Assembly: GCA_030390025.1 (NCBI GenBank)
Contig: CM059431.1
Location: forward strand, 137,828,001 to 137,892,000
Length of the DNA: 64,000 nt
Reading direction: 5' to 3'
Origin: Squalus acanthias
Taxonomy: Eukaryota
Each line of letters starts with the position of its first letter. Positions within the stretch are counted from its first letter, which is position 1. The notes under the pieces are model-generated. The model made no database searches. It had not been told where the DNA came from and saw only the letters and a list, made by a program, of their open reading frames with translations. A program made the position numbers and the translations under genes. Shown here in pieces: positions 13,557 to 25,519 of this stretch.

Positions 13557-14181
13557 TGAGACAATATTGATTGTTCGTCATGTAAATCGGAGATCTCATT
13601 CTGTGAAGGTGATCAGGGTGGGTATTGTGTCACTGGAAAAGATAAGATTGAGAGGGGATATGAATCCTGCTTTTGTAAGGTGAGCGGTTCGAATCGCTCC
13701 AACCCCCCTCCGGTTCCTAGACTTTGGGCTTATTTAGGGGTTGTGAACAAAATTGCAGTAAACAGGTTCTGATGAAAGAATGTTACTTTATTAAAAGAAA
13801 AAGGTAACAAACTTGAAACACACTTATTACTTAAACACAGATTCGGGGAACACACGGTACAAGCGAGGGAAATGACAATATATCAAACAAAACCTTATCC
13901 CTCCCAAAGATCCCACTATCTGGCTAGGTTTTTGGTTTCAGGAGATCAGGGATAATGCTCACCAACGAATCCTTGACAGGATATTAGAGTCTTTTGTTTA
14001 AAAGGACTCCGTAAGGCCCTTGTTGCTGCGAGGTGTCTGTTGGTCAGTGAGGCAGTCGCTCTGGTTTCTTCTTGCATGCTGGTCTTCTGGCCTTCTTCCT
14101 CGTGGCATGTGGTAAGTTTTGTTGGAGCAGGGAGAGAGCTGTGTCCGCGTCGTCAGTCAGTCTGAAAGAGAGAGAAATTAT

Positions 14182-16692
14182 GGCACAGGCTCTCCCCTTA
14201 CGCCCCCATCTCAATGAATTTCGAGCTCGGCACGATGCTGAGCTCTTTTTCCGCCGCCTCCGTCTCCGTGCCCACTTCTCTGGCCAGGAGTCTTCCCCCC
14301 GCACGGCTGACCCTTTCTCCCGCTTTCAGAATTCTCGTTCCACCTGGACCCCTCCCTCTGGCCTCTTACCCTCTCTTGATCTTTTCATTGCTAACTGCCG
14401 CCGTGACATCGGCCAGCTCAATTTCTCTGCTCCCCTCACTCACTCCAACCTACCTCCCTCTGAACTTGCAGCACTCCATTCTCTCCGATCCAACCCTGAC
14501 ATTGTCATTAAACCTGCTGACAAGGGTGGCGCTGTTGTTGTTTGGCGAACCGACCTCTACCTAGCGGAAGTTGAACGCCAACTCTCTGACACCTCCTCCT
14601 ACCTCCACCTGGACCATGACCCCACTACCGAACATCAAGCCACCGTGTCCAAGACTGTCACTGACCTCATCTCCTCTGGAGATCTTCCCCCACGGCCGCC
14701 AACCTCATAGTTCCCCAACCCCGCACAGCCCGCTTCTACCTCCTTCCCAAGATCCACAAACAGGACTGCCCCGGTAGACCCATCGTTTCAGCCTGTTCTT
14801 GCCCCACGGAACTTATCTCTTCCTATCTCGACTCTATTTTTTCTCCCCTTGTCCAGTCTCTTTCCACCTACATCCGCGACTCTTCCGATGCCCTCCGCCA
14901 TTTTAACAGTTTCCAGTTTCCCGGCCCCAACCGTCTCCTCTTCACTATGGACGTACAATCCCTCTACACCTCCATTCCCCACCAGGATGGCCTGAGGGCG
15001 CTCCGCTTCTTCCTTGAACAGAGGCCCAACCAGTCCCCATCCACCACCACCCTCCTCCGCCTGGCTGAACTTGTTCTCACATTGAACAACTTCTCCTTTG
15101 ACTCTACCCATTTCCTCCAAATTAAAGGTGTTGCTATGGGTACCCGCATGGGTCCTAGCTATGCCTGCCTTTTCGTGGGATATGTGGAACACTCTTTGTT
15201 CCAGTCCTACTCGGGTCCCCTCCCTCACCTCTTTTTCCGGTACATTGATGACTGTATCGGTGCCGTCTCCTGCTCTCGCCCTGAACTAGAACATTTCATT
15301 CACTATGCTTCCAATTTCCACCCTTCCCTCACCTTCACATGGTCCATCTCCGACTCTTCTCTTCCCTTCCTCGACTTCTCCATCTCCATCTCTGGGGATA
15401 GGTTATTGACTAACATTCACTACAAGCCCACCGACTCCCACAGCTACCTGGACTACACTTCCTCCCACCCCGCCTCCTGTAAGGACTCTATTCCATTCTC
15501 CCAGTTTCTCCGTCTCCGCCGCATCTGCTCTGATGATGCCACCTTCCATACCAGTGCTTCCGACATGTCTTCCTTTTTCCTCAACCGAGGATTCCCCTCT
15601 ACCGTGGTCGACACGGCCCTCGACCGTGTCCGTTCTATCTCCCGCACATCTGCCCTCACCCCTGCCCCTCCCTCCCGGAACCACGATAGGGTTCCCCTTG
15701 TCCTCACCTTTCACCCCACCAGCCTCCACATTCAACGGATCATCCTCCGCCATTTCCGCCACCTCCAGCGTGATCCCACCACCAAACACATCTTCCCCTC
15801 ACCTCCCCTTTCAGCATTCCGCAGGGACCGCTCCCTCCGCGACACCCTAGTCCACTCCTCTACCACCCCCAGCACCCCTTCCCCTTCGCCCGGCACCTTC
15901 CCGTGCACGCGCAGGAGATGCAACACATGCCCTTATACCTCCCCTCTTCCCACTGTCCAGGGCCCCAAACACCCCTTCCAGGTGAAACAGCGATTTACTT
16001 GTACTTCCTGCAATTTAGTATACTGTATTCGCTGCTCACGATGTGGACTCCTCTACATTGGGGAGACCAAACGCAGATTGGGTGACCGCTTTGCGGAACA
16101 CCTCCGTTCAGTCCGTAAGGGGGACCCCGAGCTCCCGGTGGCCTGTCACTTTAATTCACCGCTTCACTCCCACTCTGACCTCACCGTCCTCGGCCTAATA
16201 CACTGTTCCACGGAAGCTCAGCGTAAGCTCGAGGAACAGCACCTCATCTTTCGTTTAGGCACGCTACAGCCCTCTGGACTCAATATCGAGTTCAACAATT
16301 TTAGATCATAACCTCAGCTCCAATCACATTTATATTTTATTTTATCCACCCTTTTATTTGTCCCCCCCACCTTTTTTTTCCTCCTAGAAGCTGGCAGCTG
16401 TCCTTCATTCTGCCAGTAGATTTCACACTTCATTCAGCCTTAATCTGTCACATTAACACCACCTCTAGCCTTGCATATCTCTTAATGTCTCTTAATGTCT
16501 CTTCATCTCCTCCTTTGTTCCTTTATCCCCTCCCCCTTTTCCCAGCTTTACCCTGGCCTTAAATCTATTTGATTTCCAACTCTTCCCAGTTCTGATGAAA
16601 GGTCATCGACCTGAAACGTCAACTCTCTTTCTCTCTCCACGGATGCTGCCTGGCCTGCTGAGTTTTTCCAGCGTTTTCTGTTGTTATTTCTC
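14182..16692 (+). mobile_element. Penelope-like retroelement, 5'-truncated (RT plus GIY-YIG endonuclease)
   Basis: IKPADKG, FYLLPKIHK, MDVQSLYT, GVAMGTRMGP, FRYIDD, VYCIRC..LYIGET..RFAEH. Stop at 16311, then pLTR. One frameshift at about 14690. Putative TSD AAATTAT at 14175-14181 and 16693-16699. Confidence 0.95.
16588..16624 (+). ncRNA. Minimal type I hammerhead ribozyme in the Penelope pLTR
   Basis: agtt-CTGATGA-a-aggtc atc gacct-GAAA-cg-TC-aact: conserved core, helix II hairpin, helix I agtt/aact, GUC cleavage triplet. Confidence 0.8.
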
Positions 16693-17331
16693 AAATTATA
16701 CTGTTTCTTTTTCGCGCCCAAAAACCCCTTACTAAAACAAATTCCTTTTTGATTGTAAATGACCCTTGCTTAGTTCAATTGTCTAGTTTTTGGCGGGCTT
16801 GCCAGTTCCGATGGTTTTTGCTTAGTGTTAATCGTTTTCCGATTTAAAACGCAGCCTTATCTATGCGCCAAATCTCCACCCTATTGTCCTTCTGTTGGCG
16901 GGCTTTTAAATCTGTTCTCTGGATACCTGGTTGATTGGTTTTTTTGATGGGATAATGGCTATGAAACTGTGTGATTGAAGTTATATTGTCATTGAATCGT
17001 TTTTAGATTTCCAGCATCTTGTTTGCCCCTGGGGATCCATATTTGAATGTGTTTGTGAGTTTTGCTTTGTCTCAAACAATTCCCAGACAGCTTGATCTGT
17101 TCACTGACCGGCCACGCCCCTCGCAGCTTGTGTCTGTGAAAAAATGTCTCTCCCAACAATGAGATGAAAAAAAAATCAGTTTCCTCAGGTTTTTCTTCCC
17201 TGATCTTTAGGTTTTTACATCAAATCACTTCACTTAGGCCCCATCATCCCAAGTTTGTATGAAAAGTCCAAAAATCACTCCCTTTAGGGCTCTGTTCGAG
17301 TTTCTGGGGGATTTTGCGAAGCCTACACTTT

Positions 17332-17830
17332 TAGGGTCCTAATGGGACTAGATAAAGTTGACCATGACAAACCAGTTCACCTTGTGCAAGGCAGTAGAGC
17401 CAGAGGATATGACCTGCACTTGAAGGGGTTATATTCAAAACTAATCTGCCTAATCAACATTTCAGTGACCGAGTGGTTAATCTATTCAACAAGCTCCCGA
17501 GGGAGACGGAGGGAGTAATTAGTATTGATATATTGAATAAAATTAGATAGATTTCTTTCATAATATCAAACTTTGGGATAGAGTATATGGGTAATTTTAG
17601 ACATGTAGGTGTAGCATGCTTGGGAGAAAGAGGTAATATTTTGAACCTATGATACCCAAAGCTCTCTACCACTGAGCGTTTTCCTCACCTCATGTCTGGG
17701 TCTGTTGTAGACTAATTAATAAAGATCGATTGCAATTACCAGTCAACAACTCCATTATCGCGGTATCGTGTGAATCCCAGGATGGTAGAAGGCGAACTAG
17801 ATGGCCCTAAATATTTACTCGGCTAATAAT
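17332..17830 (+). mobile_element. CR1-type LINE 3' end; host of the LTR, with its left piece at about 13610-13673
   Basis: SLEKIRLRGDMNPAF|RVLMGLDKVD..SRARG reads through once the LTR and one TSD are removed. A related 3' UTR lies antisense at about 36660-36930. Confidence 0.75.
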
Positions 17831-18819
17831 TCCTTCGTAAAGTAACCACCTTGATCACCTTCACTGCAACCGGGATACTAACATGATGTTGAGGTATTGT
17901 ATGTAAAGTTCAGGCAGAGTAGGGACATTTTTACCTTCTCTCTGATGCATGTGCTCCTTGACTAGTCATCCATGATTACTGGCGATGACTCAGAAAGAAT
18001 CAAATTCATGAGCTTACAATTCAAATGCTTCATATTTTTCACTTTTAAGTTGACGTTTGAAAAATTTAGGGATCCTATTCAACGCTAACCTCCCGAGTAC
18101 TTCCTTGACATCGATATATAATTATTATCAGAAAAGTGTAAGCGGCCTTGATTAGATTCACACCCTTATGAGTTTGAACAATGGTGGGTGGGAACATCCC
18201 TCAGCCTTGTCCCATTCAGCAGTGAAATATTAATGAATCAACACCCTCGCCAGCTAACTTGACCTTGCTAACAAGTCCAAACTGTCATGTTAAGAACAAT
18301 TGGAGAATAATTACTCAATGGAAACAATCCATCAATCGACAGAAATGGGCTTTATTTTTCCGCATTACTTTTTTAAAGCATGTGGACAGAATAAATAACT
18401 GAGATAAAAATTTATGAAATTATATTTCCTTTATCTTACATGTTAGCATCATCGTGCACGTGGTAGGATAGTTTCCTCTGATTGCTATTACTAATAAAAT
18501 CATGAAAGCCTGCTTTCAAAACGTTTTTATATGTATTGCTTGAATCAGGGAATTTAGAAATTCCTCCTTCCGTGTTTATAATGTCAGTAACGACCAGCAG
18601 ACATCCATATACTGCATTATATTCTAAAGCATTAATGTGACTTGAGAATAGTTGTAATATATATCTAACAATGTTTAAATTGCTCTTGATGCAGCGTTAC
18701 TACAATTACAGAATCGCATTCAACTAGCATGGCAAGTTATAGCAGTGTGGAGCGCAGCACCATCAGGAGAGGACAGTCCAACTGCTTTCCGGATCTTCAC
18801 AGAGTTTGATGTCTGTACT

Positions 18820-19245
18820 CGCCCAAGGCTTTCTCCAGAATAGAGAAGGCCGAGGGGTGACCTGATAAGAGTCTTTAAGATTGTGAAAGGTTCGATAGAG
18901 TAGATGGAGAGAAAATGTTTTCACTTATCGGATAGTCCATAACTGGGAGCCATCAAAATAAGATAGTCACAAATAAATCCAATAGGGAATTTAGGAGCAA
19001 TTTATTTACCCAAAGTTTGGTTAGAATGTGGAACTTGCTATAATATTGAGTATTTGAGGCAATTAGTATGCTTACATTTTAGGGGAAGCTGTATAAGCAC
19101 AAGAGACAGAAAGAATAAAAGGATATGCAGGTAGTATTAAATGAAGAGGGGTTGGAAGAGGCTCGTCTGTAGCATAAATGCCGACACCGGCCAGTTAGGC
19201 CGAGTGGGTTCTTTCTGTGCTATAAACTCTATATAACTCCATGTC
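18820..19245 (+). mobile_element. CR1 3' fragment
   Basis: Degenerate RRPRGDLIRVFKIVKG..., FRSNLFTQ, and a CR1 3' UTR. Confidence 0.75.
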
Positions 19246-19384
19246 ACTAAACAAGATGAACAGCGAACTGATCAATGAACACAGTCCGCTGCTCAGTCTC
19301 TCGGACTCCTATGTGCTGCTTAGCTTCAAATTCTCCCTGGAAGCAAATTGAAATGTTGTCTGAGGCTCAGCATTGAAATATTAA

Positions 19385-19945
19385 CGTGTCTTTTCAATGC
19401 TCTCCTGGCCAATATCCCATCTTGCAATCTCCGTAAAATTGCTTTCATCCAAAACTCTGTTATCCGTATCATAACGCGCACGAAGTCCCGTTCGCTCATC
19501 ACCCCTGTGCTCGCTCAGCTATATTGGCTCCCGGTCAGGCAACACATCGATTTTAAAATTCTCAACAATTTTTTTCAAATGCCTCCATGGCCTCGTCCTT
19601 CCCTATCTCAGTTACCTCCTCTAGTGCTGCAACTCTCCGAGACCTCTGCACTCGACCAATTCTGGCCTCTTGCGCATCCCTGATTCCATTGGCATTCGTT
19701 CCTTCAGCTGCCGCGGTTCTAAGATCTGCAATTCCCTCCCTAAACCTCTACCCTCTCTAATTCTCTGTTTCCGTCTTTAAAACACTCCTTAAAACCTACC
19801 TATTTGACCAAGCTTTTGATCATCTGTCCTATTATCTCATTATGTGTCTTGGTGTTAAATTCTGGTCTGATGACGATCCTGTGGATTCCTTGGACGTTTC
19901 ATTACATTAAAGTCGCTGCTTAAATTCCTATTTGTTATTGTTGTT
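19385..19945 (+). mobile_element. L2 LINE 3' end
   Basis: IQNSVIRII...ITPVLAQLYWLPVRQHIDFKIL; FKTLLKTYLF; (ttg)n tail. Confidence 0.85.
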
Positions 19946-20299
19946 GTGTCTGTGTATCCACAGATGCTGAATGTTTGTAGCAATTCTGGTTTAACTTCAC
20001 AATTATAGCAATATATATTTTTTTCTTTTTTGTCTTCCTATTGCAACATTAATTATTTAGAAACCCATTATAAAAAAAAGGCAAATAATCTACTGAATGA
20101 CATTTCTTTTACTGCCAAGAAGACAATGCACGCCATCGTTAAACGGTGATATTTTATTTTAATATAGTTTATCATGTTGTATTTCAAAACTGAAACTTTG
20201 GTTATATAAGGAGAAACTAATAGTTTATTTCAAATACCTATCGACCTATAAATCAGACTCTGAAAATCCGAAAACGCCCAATCCATTCAGGGTATTGTG

Positions 20300-21559
20300 T
20301 CAATTTGGTAGCAATGATGCACTTGTTAAATGTGTAAAAGGTAATGGCATATTAAGCCTAAATACTTGGGGAATTGATTCTTCTGTAACAGTTATTGGCA
20401 TCACTAATGACGCTACACAGGTTGATATGACCAGAGATGACGTATCTGATTTAGTAGATGGTGAGATTGTTATTGTACTGACCAGAGAAGATGTATCTAA
20501 TTTAGTAGATGGTGATATTGTTATTGTACTGACCATAGAAGATGTATCTAATTTAGTAGATGGTGAAACTGCTTTTGTACCGACCAGAGAAGATGTATCT
20601 GATTTAGTAGATAGTGAGGGTGTTATTGTACTGACCAGAGAAGATGTATCTGATTTAGTAGATGGTGAAGGTGCTATTGTACTGACCAGAGTAGGTGTAT
20701 CTGATTTAGTAGATGCTGAGGGTGTTATTGTACTGACCAGAGAAAATGTATATGATTTAGTAGATGGTGAGGGTGTTATTGTACTGACCAGAGAAGCTGT
20801 ATCTGATTTAATAGATGGTGAGGGTGTTATTGTACTGACCAGTGAAGATGTATCTGATTTAGTAGATGGTGAAGGTGCTATTGTACTGACCAGAGTAGGT
20901 GTATCTGATTTAGTAGATGGTGAGTGTTATTGTACTGACCAGAGAAGATGTATCTGATGAAGTAGATGGTGAAGGTGCTACTGTACTGACCAGAGAAGAT
21001 GTATCTGATTTAGTAGAGGTAAAGGTGTTATTGTACTGACCAGAGAAGATGTTTCTGATTTAGTAGATGGTGAGGGTGGTATTGTACTGACCAGAGAAGA
21101 TGTATCTGATTTAGTAGATAGTGAAGTTGTTATTGTACTGACCAGAGGAGGTGTATCTTATTTAGTAGATGGTAAAGGTGTTATTGAACTGACCAGAGAA
21201 GATGTATCTGATTTAGAAGATGGTGAAGGTGCTATTCTTCTCATCAGGGAAGAAGAATCTATGCTGAAATATAGTGAGGTGCTATTGAAAATGAGAGATG
21301 ATGTATCCGAATCAATAGATGATGAAGCTGCTTCTCTACTGGCCTATGAATGATGTAGCCTGACTTAGAGATGATGAACGTGCTGTAATACTGATCTGGA
21401 GTGCTGTAGCCTGATTAGTGGATGAGAGTGGTACTATTCTGAACTGGGATAGTGTAGCCTAATTAATAGATGATGATGGTGCTGTACAGACCTGGGATGC
21501 TGTAGTCTGCTTTATAGACGATAATGGTGATGTATTGACCTGGGATAGTGTAGTCTGAT
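20300..21559 (-). repeat. Decayed continuation of the mucin-like exon (48-bp then 51-bp Ser/Thr/Pro repeats), probably now 3' UTR
   Basis: Unit LVSTITPSPSTKSDTSS. Stops at 21461-21459 and 21160-21158; frameshifts near 21347, 21018 and 20925. AATAAA on the minus strand near 20226 and 20155. Confidence 0.75.
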
Positions 21560-23913
21560 TTATAGAGGTCGAAGTGCTGTATTCACCTGGGATGGAATAG
21601 TCTGCTTTATAGATGATGATAGTGCTGTATTGACCTGGGATGGTGGAGTCTCATTTATAGATGATGATGGTGTTGTATTGACCTGGTATGGTGTAATCTG
21701 CTTTATAGATGATGATGGTGTTGTATTGACCTGGGATGGTGGAGTCTGGATTATAGATGATGATGGCGCTGTATTGACCTGGGATGGTGTAGTCTGTTTT
21801 ATAGACGATGATGGTGATGTATTGACCTGGGATGGTGTAGTCTGATTTATAGAGGTCGATGGTGCTGTATTCACCTGGGATGGAGTAGTCTGCTTTATAG
21901 ATGATGAACGGACTCTAGCACTGACCTGGGATTTTTTAGACACCGCAAAAGTTAATGTCAATGCTGAATGTAAAGCCGGAAGCAGCATTGGTCTCATAGT
22001 GACAGCTGATGACTGTTGCATGGTTCTACCTGTCAGTGAGGGTGGAAACACATTGTTGTTTTCGGTCGATGATGGTGCCTTTACCTTGTTGGAAGACGGA
22101 GGCACATTCGCACTGGACAAGCTGGGCACACTCGCACTGCTCAGGATAGGCACAGTCTCACTGGTCAGGCTGGGCCCACTCGCACTGCTCACGATGGGCA
22201 CATTCTCACTTGTCACGATGGGCACAGTCTCACTGGTCACGATGGGCACATTCTCAGTGGTCACGATGGGCAGAGTCTCACTGGTCACGATGGGCAGAGT
22301 CTCACTGGTCACGATGGGCAGAGTCTCAGTGGTCACTATGGACAGAGGCTCACTGGTCACGATGGGCACAGTCTTACTGGTCACGATGGGCAGAGTCTCA
22401 CCGGTCACGATGGGCATTGTCTCACTGTTCACGATGGGCATAGTCTCACTGGTCACGATGGGCAGAGTCTCACTGGTCACGATGACCACAGTCTCACCGG
22501 TCAGGATGGGCACAGTCTCACTGGTCACGATGGGCACAGTGTCACTGGTCACGATGGGCACAGTGTCACTGGTCACGATGGGTACAGTCTCACTTGTCAC
22601 GATGGGCACGGTCTCACTGGTCACGATGGGCACAGTCTCACTGGTCACGATGGGCACAGTGTCACTGGTCACGATGGGCACAGTGTCACTGGTCACGATG
22701 GGCACAGTCTCACTGGTCACGATGAGCACAGTGTCACTGGTCACGATGGGCACAGTCTCAGTGGTCATGATGGGCAGAGTCTCAGTGGTCACGATGGGCA
22801 GAGTCTCACTGGTCACGATGGGCACAGTCTCAGTGGTCATGATGAGCAGAGTCTCAGTGGTCACGATGGGCACAGTGTCACTGGTCACGATGGGCACAGT
22901 CTCAGTGGTCATGATGGGCAGAATCTCAGTGGTCACGATGGGCAGAGTCTCACTGGTCACGATGGGCACAGTCTCACTGGTCACGATGGGCAGAGTCTCA
23001 GTGGTCACTATGGGCACAGTCTCAGTGGTCACGATGGGCAAAGTCTCCCTGGTCACGATGGGTAAAGTCTCACTGGTCACGATGGGCACAGTCTCACTGA
23101 TGACGATGTGCGCAGTCTCACTGGTCTCGATGGGCACAGTCTCAGTAGTCACGATGGGCACAGTCGCACTGGTCACGATGGGCACAGTCTCACTGTTCAC
23201 GATGGGCACAGTCTCACTAGTTGCGATGGGCACACTCGCACTGGTCACGATGGGCAGAGTCTCATTGGTCATGATGGGCACAGTCTCAGTGGTCACGATG
23301 GGCACAGTCTCACTGGTCACGATGGGCACAGTCTCACTGTTCACGATGGGCACAGTCTCACTGTTCACGATGGGCACAGTCTCACTGGTCACGATGAGCA
23401 CAGTCTCAGTGGTCACGATGGGCACAGTCTCACTGGTCACGATGGGCACAGTTTCACTGCTCACGATGGCTACAGTCTCACAGGTCACGATGGGCACAGT
23501 CTCACTGGTCACGATGGGCACAGGCTCACTGCTCACGATGGGCACAGTCGCACTGTTCATGACGGGTGCCATCGTACTGGTCACGATAGGAATGGTCACA
23601 CTGGTCATGAAGGGTAGAATCGCACTTATCCAAGAATCCATAATTTTGGATAAACTGAAAGCCCCTAAGGATGCTGTAGAAGTTGGAGGCTGTGCTGTTG
23701 AACTGGGGTGTGGACCTGCTCTACCAAGTGAAGAGGAGGTTTCCATTGATGCAGGATGAATGGGCGATCGAGGCGCAGTTGAACCTCTCATGGACGTGGT
23801 TGTACTTTTGATGCGGTGGTTCACAATCCTGGAGTTGAGAGAAAGTGGATTCTGGGATTCGGTGAGCGTCGGCAGCCCATTGGTCGCGGAATGCGCTCTG
23901 GTCATAGTTGTCA
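21560..23913 (-). CDS. Intrinsic-factor-like/mucin gene, exon 7: 784-aa Thr/Ser/Pro-rich mucin-like region (about 60 x VPIVTSET, then 16-aa repeats)
   Basis: Acceptor tttctcctacttcgcacag at 23915-23914. Phase 1 matches exon 6 (G|TG = Val) and enters the long open frame. Confidence 0.8.
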
Positions 23914-25143
23914 CTGTGCGAAGTAGGAGAAACAATATCAAAAGATCATGGGAGGCAACGGGCAGTAAAGTTGGACTTGGGCAAAGATGGAAAACAGGGA
24001 GAATCGCATTTGCCAGCCGTTTTGCAACACGCCTGATATCCGGTCATGTTGGAAATAGTGGAATGAATATCGGGGTTTATAAAGAAAGAAACGGGAGACC
24101 GATGACATAACGCCTGTTTTGCGCCTTTGCACTTGTCCAATTTCACCCACAACTTCTAGAGACACGCTCAAAATCAGCGCCTGTGAAAAGTGGAGCTCAG
24201 GCACAAACCAGCTCTGCATTCCAGTTAATGTGACCATTGTCATATGTGAAGATCCCTGAGGATATCTACATTGGTGAACCTCCCGCTGGGAGTGAGGCCA
24301 AGCAGATGGCTCAGGGCTTCCAATTATTTCGCTTAGAAAACTGAGCAAACATAAAGGATTCAGAAGGTCAAGGTGTGAATGGGTAAAATTCCCACTTCAG
24401 TGCTCCTGGCAAATACCCTGGAGAAAATATCATGAAACTGGACAGTGATTTAAAACTAACAACGATGAATTGTTAAGATCTGGAATGCACTGACTGAAAG
24501 TGGGGTGGAAGCAGATGCAATAGTAACTTTCAAAGGGGATTCGGATAAATATTTCTAGAGGAAAACTGCAGGGCTATGGGGAGAGGGCAGGGCACTGGAA
24601 CTAATTGGATTGCTCTTTCGAAGCCCCGACACAGGCACTATGGGTCGAATGGCCTCATTCTACACTCTATCCTTCCAGGATTCATTTCCATTTGCTATTT
24701 ATTCTTCATTTTGATTCCTAACCCAATGTGAGTAGCTTCCCATCTGTACAGCCTGGGAGCAGCGCATCCAGGAAATTCTGGAGCTGAGCTTTGCATTCTG
24801 GGAACGAAACCTGCCCGATTTTCCTTCCGTTATTTTCGTTGCAGTTTTTGTTCGGGCCGTGTAACCTTCCCGCCACATTCTCCCTTATTAACCCCGCCTA
24901 GGGAGTTCTTAAAGCTGAGAGGCGTGGTGAAATTCGATAAGGATGGGGACGCGAGACAGGAGGAATCGCTCTCACCAACCATTATGGACACGCCCGATAT
25001 CCAGTTCTTTTGAAGTCAATGGGACCGAATATGGGGCGGAGCGGATATCGGACGCCGAATGCAACACCGTACGTTTTGCGAACCCGCCAATGTCGAATTT
25101 CACCGTCCCCCATACTTAGTCCGGTCTGTTGCTGTACCCTTAC

Positions 25144-25330
25144 CTTTATATACAGGACAGGTTATCTTGTTCACGTCCAGGTAACTCTTTCCTCCCAGGG
25201 GTATCGCCACCTGTGACATTGTTGTAAGGTTTTCCCAGTTTCCCCGAGAAATTTCATGCACCATTTTCTGCACAGATTTGGTGCAATTATAGACACGTGA
25301 GGTGAACACGTTTATGGTTTCGTCCAGGGC
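25144..25330 (-). CDS. Intrinsic-factor-like gene, exon 6 (end of alpha-domain)
   Basis: ALDETINV..YNCTKSVQKMVHEISRGNWENLTTMSQVAIPLGGKSYLDVNKITC resembles intrinsic factor [48 protein letters not shown], 187 nt, phase 0 to 1. Confidence 0.9.
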
Positions 25331-25519
25331 CTGGAGTGTAAAGAAGGTAACACTAATTTTAATATTTAATTTTAATGATCCGGAGATCATTTAGTCTGAG
25401 CACATATGAACTCTGTTTCAAAGCACTGTAATATAAAGTGGGAGTGAATGGAAATAAAAATCGGGAGAGATCGGGCTGCAGATTCGCCATCACCCGTTTT
25501 ACACCTTAAAGAGTGTGCA

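Larger units (their letters stand above)
13674..17327 (-). mobile_element. Solo LTR (about 1.1 kb once the nested Penelope is removed)
   Basis: TGTAAGG...GCCTACA termini. 4-bp TSD CTTT at 13670-13673 and 17328-17331. Minus-strand AATAAA at 13792-13787. The host CR1 frame rejoins across the insertion. Confidence 0.8.

Noticed and set aside
14044..16085. Overlapping and antisense ORFs in the Penelope
   Set aside because: By-products of the C-rich coding strand.
11800..20300. Beta-domain exons of the cobalamin-binding gene
   Set aside because: Looked for by eye on the minus strand; no WG..V.SI or YWQF-like exon seen. A tBLASTn is still needed.
21999..23759. 586-aa plus-strand ORF (VSLVTMGT)n and the 220-aa ORF at 20295
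   Set aside because: Antisense shadows of stop-free repeats; no start context or splice support.
23914..24081. Stand-alone mucin gene with signal peptide MI(F)LILFLLL and a TATA box at 24081-24076
   Set aside because: The ATG at 23949 is out of frame and the ORF start is TTG. The hydrophobic stretch is the translated polypyrimidine tract of an acceptor whose phase matches exon 6.
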